Below, one piece after another: positions 63,141 to 64,000 of a DNA stretch of 64,000 nucleotides. The position numbers and the translations under genes are program-made. How positions within the stretch are numbered: position 1 is the stretch's first letter; each line of letters begins with the position of its first letter. The stretch is from Balanoglossus misakiensis. Lineage: Eukaryota > Animalia > Hemichordata. The notes beneath the pieces are model-generated. The model ran no database searches and was not told the DNA's origin. It was given only the letters and a program-made list of their open reading frames with translations. The stretch covers positions 22,208 to 86,207 of the forward strand of contig CM082594.2 in NCBI GenBank assembly GCA_040954595.2, read 5' to 3'.

Positions 63141-64000
63141 TGCAGTCAAGATATTGTCAAAATTACAGAATCTACAAACTACACTCCACAGTCATGTACA
63201 TGTATACATGACAACAACCAAAGGGCTGTTTTGAAAAACCAAATGCTGTGAAATCCTTTAGAGTGTGACAAGAAACCACAGTTGCAACCGAAAACAAAAA
63301 TAGTGATAACATTAAGCTAGCCCAAAGTTTGAGTTACCAGGGCTTTAATATGTGTACCGTACTTATATTATATAATACATAACAAGTGTTTTGCATTGAA
63401 TAAAATAATATTGGTTTGTACTTACGCATTGTACATGTGGCACCAGTGAAGCATTCGGTACACATACAGTCAAACAGGAAACAGCCGTCTCGCGCAACGC
63501 ATGTGCCACCATTTTGACAAGGCATAGAGTATAACTGATCAATGGCTGCCAAAACAAAAATGAAAGTATCAATTACCTGCTTGTCAAAAACTTGTACATG
63601 TACTTGTGATGTTCATTTCGTTTAAATATGTGAGCAATGTCTTCATTCCTTGTTTCAAACCTGTACATTTAAAATAACATAATGATGCTATTGCTAGGAT
63701 TTTTCTGTATTAGAATCTTGAAAAATTAAAAAATGTGCCGTCAACATGATACAGAAGGCTTTCCTTTTTAACGTGCACCTCACACTCAATTTTGACCCTA
63801 CATCAGCAAATTTTGAAAGGATGAAACTTAGTAATGCTTCCACCCCATTTATTGGTGTATGGGTCAATCTATCACATTGAGAATACCAAAAATGAGGGTT
63901 TATATACCACGCTGTGTCATAAAACAGTAATTCGACACACCTACGGCACAGATGGCCCCAGTCCAACACTACTGGCAGTAACAGGTGTAGTCAGTATAAG
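63141..64000 (+). repeat. Older duplicate of about 30411-31271, running off the window
   Basis: TGCAGTCAAG..AAATTACAGAATCTACAAACTACACTC onward aligns with 30411+, with visibly more substitutions than the 14-kb pair. Confidence 0.93.
63426..63545 (-). CDS. Open EGF-like exon (first Cys lost)
   Basis: IDQLYSMPCQNGGTCVARDGCFLFDCMCTECFTGATCTM, 120 bp, GGCAG/GTAAGT borders. Confidence 0.72.

Larger units (their letters stand above)
30052..64000 (-). pseudogene. Decaying, internally duplicated multi-exon locus for an extracellular Cys-rich protein (8-Cys EGF-like and GCC2/GCC3-like repeats)
   Basis: About 30 short minus-strand exons or exon remnants with AG/GT borders. Many carry stops, frameshifts, lost cysteines or MITE insertions. 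No start, signal-peptide or terminal exon seen in the window. Confidence 0.8.

Overview
Chromosome end of an animal with TTAGGG telomeres; GT-AG introns, EGF exons, CR1/L2 and Gypsy remnants and many MITEs suggest an invertebrate (inference). Order from the left: ~3.15 kb (CCCTAA)n telomere; satellite A, (GGGTCAA/AGGTCAA)-based (3174-7444); AC-rich repeat B; AT-rich ~1.3-1.4 kb satellite C, which flips orientation near 9004; a tandem array of repeat B on the opposite strand; satellite A again, inverted (22484-29945). The first 30 kb therefore form a rough mirror, A-B-C | C'-B'-A'. From 30 kb to the end lies a decaying minus-strand multi-exon locus made of phase-1 EGF-like exons with an unusual 8-cysteine pattern plus GCC2/GCC3-like cysteine-rich exons. 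It is interrupted by TIR MITEs, a LINE fragment fused to repeat B and a truncated Gypsy element, and carries a near-identical 14-15 kb tandem duplication plus an older duplication. No intact full-length gene, RNA gene or CRISPR array is supported. Best candidates for new biology: kilobases of nuclear-receptor DR1-type repeats welded to the telomere, the mirror subtelomere, and the 8-Cys EGF module. Identities were judged by eye, not computed.
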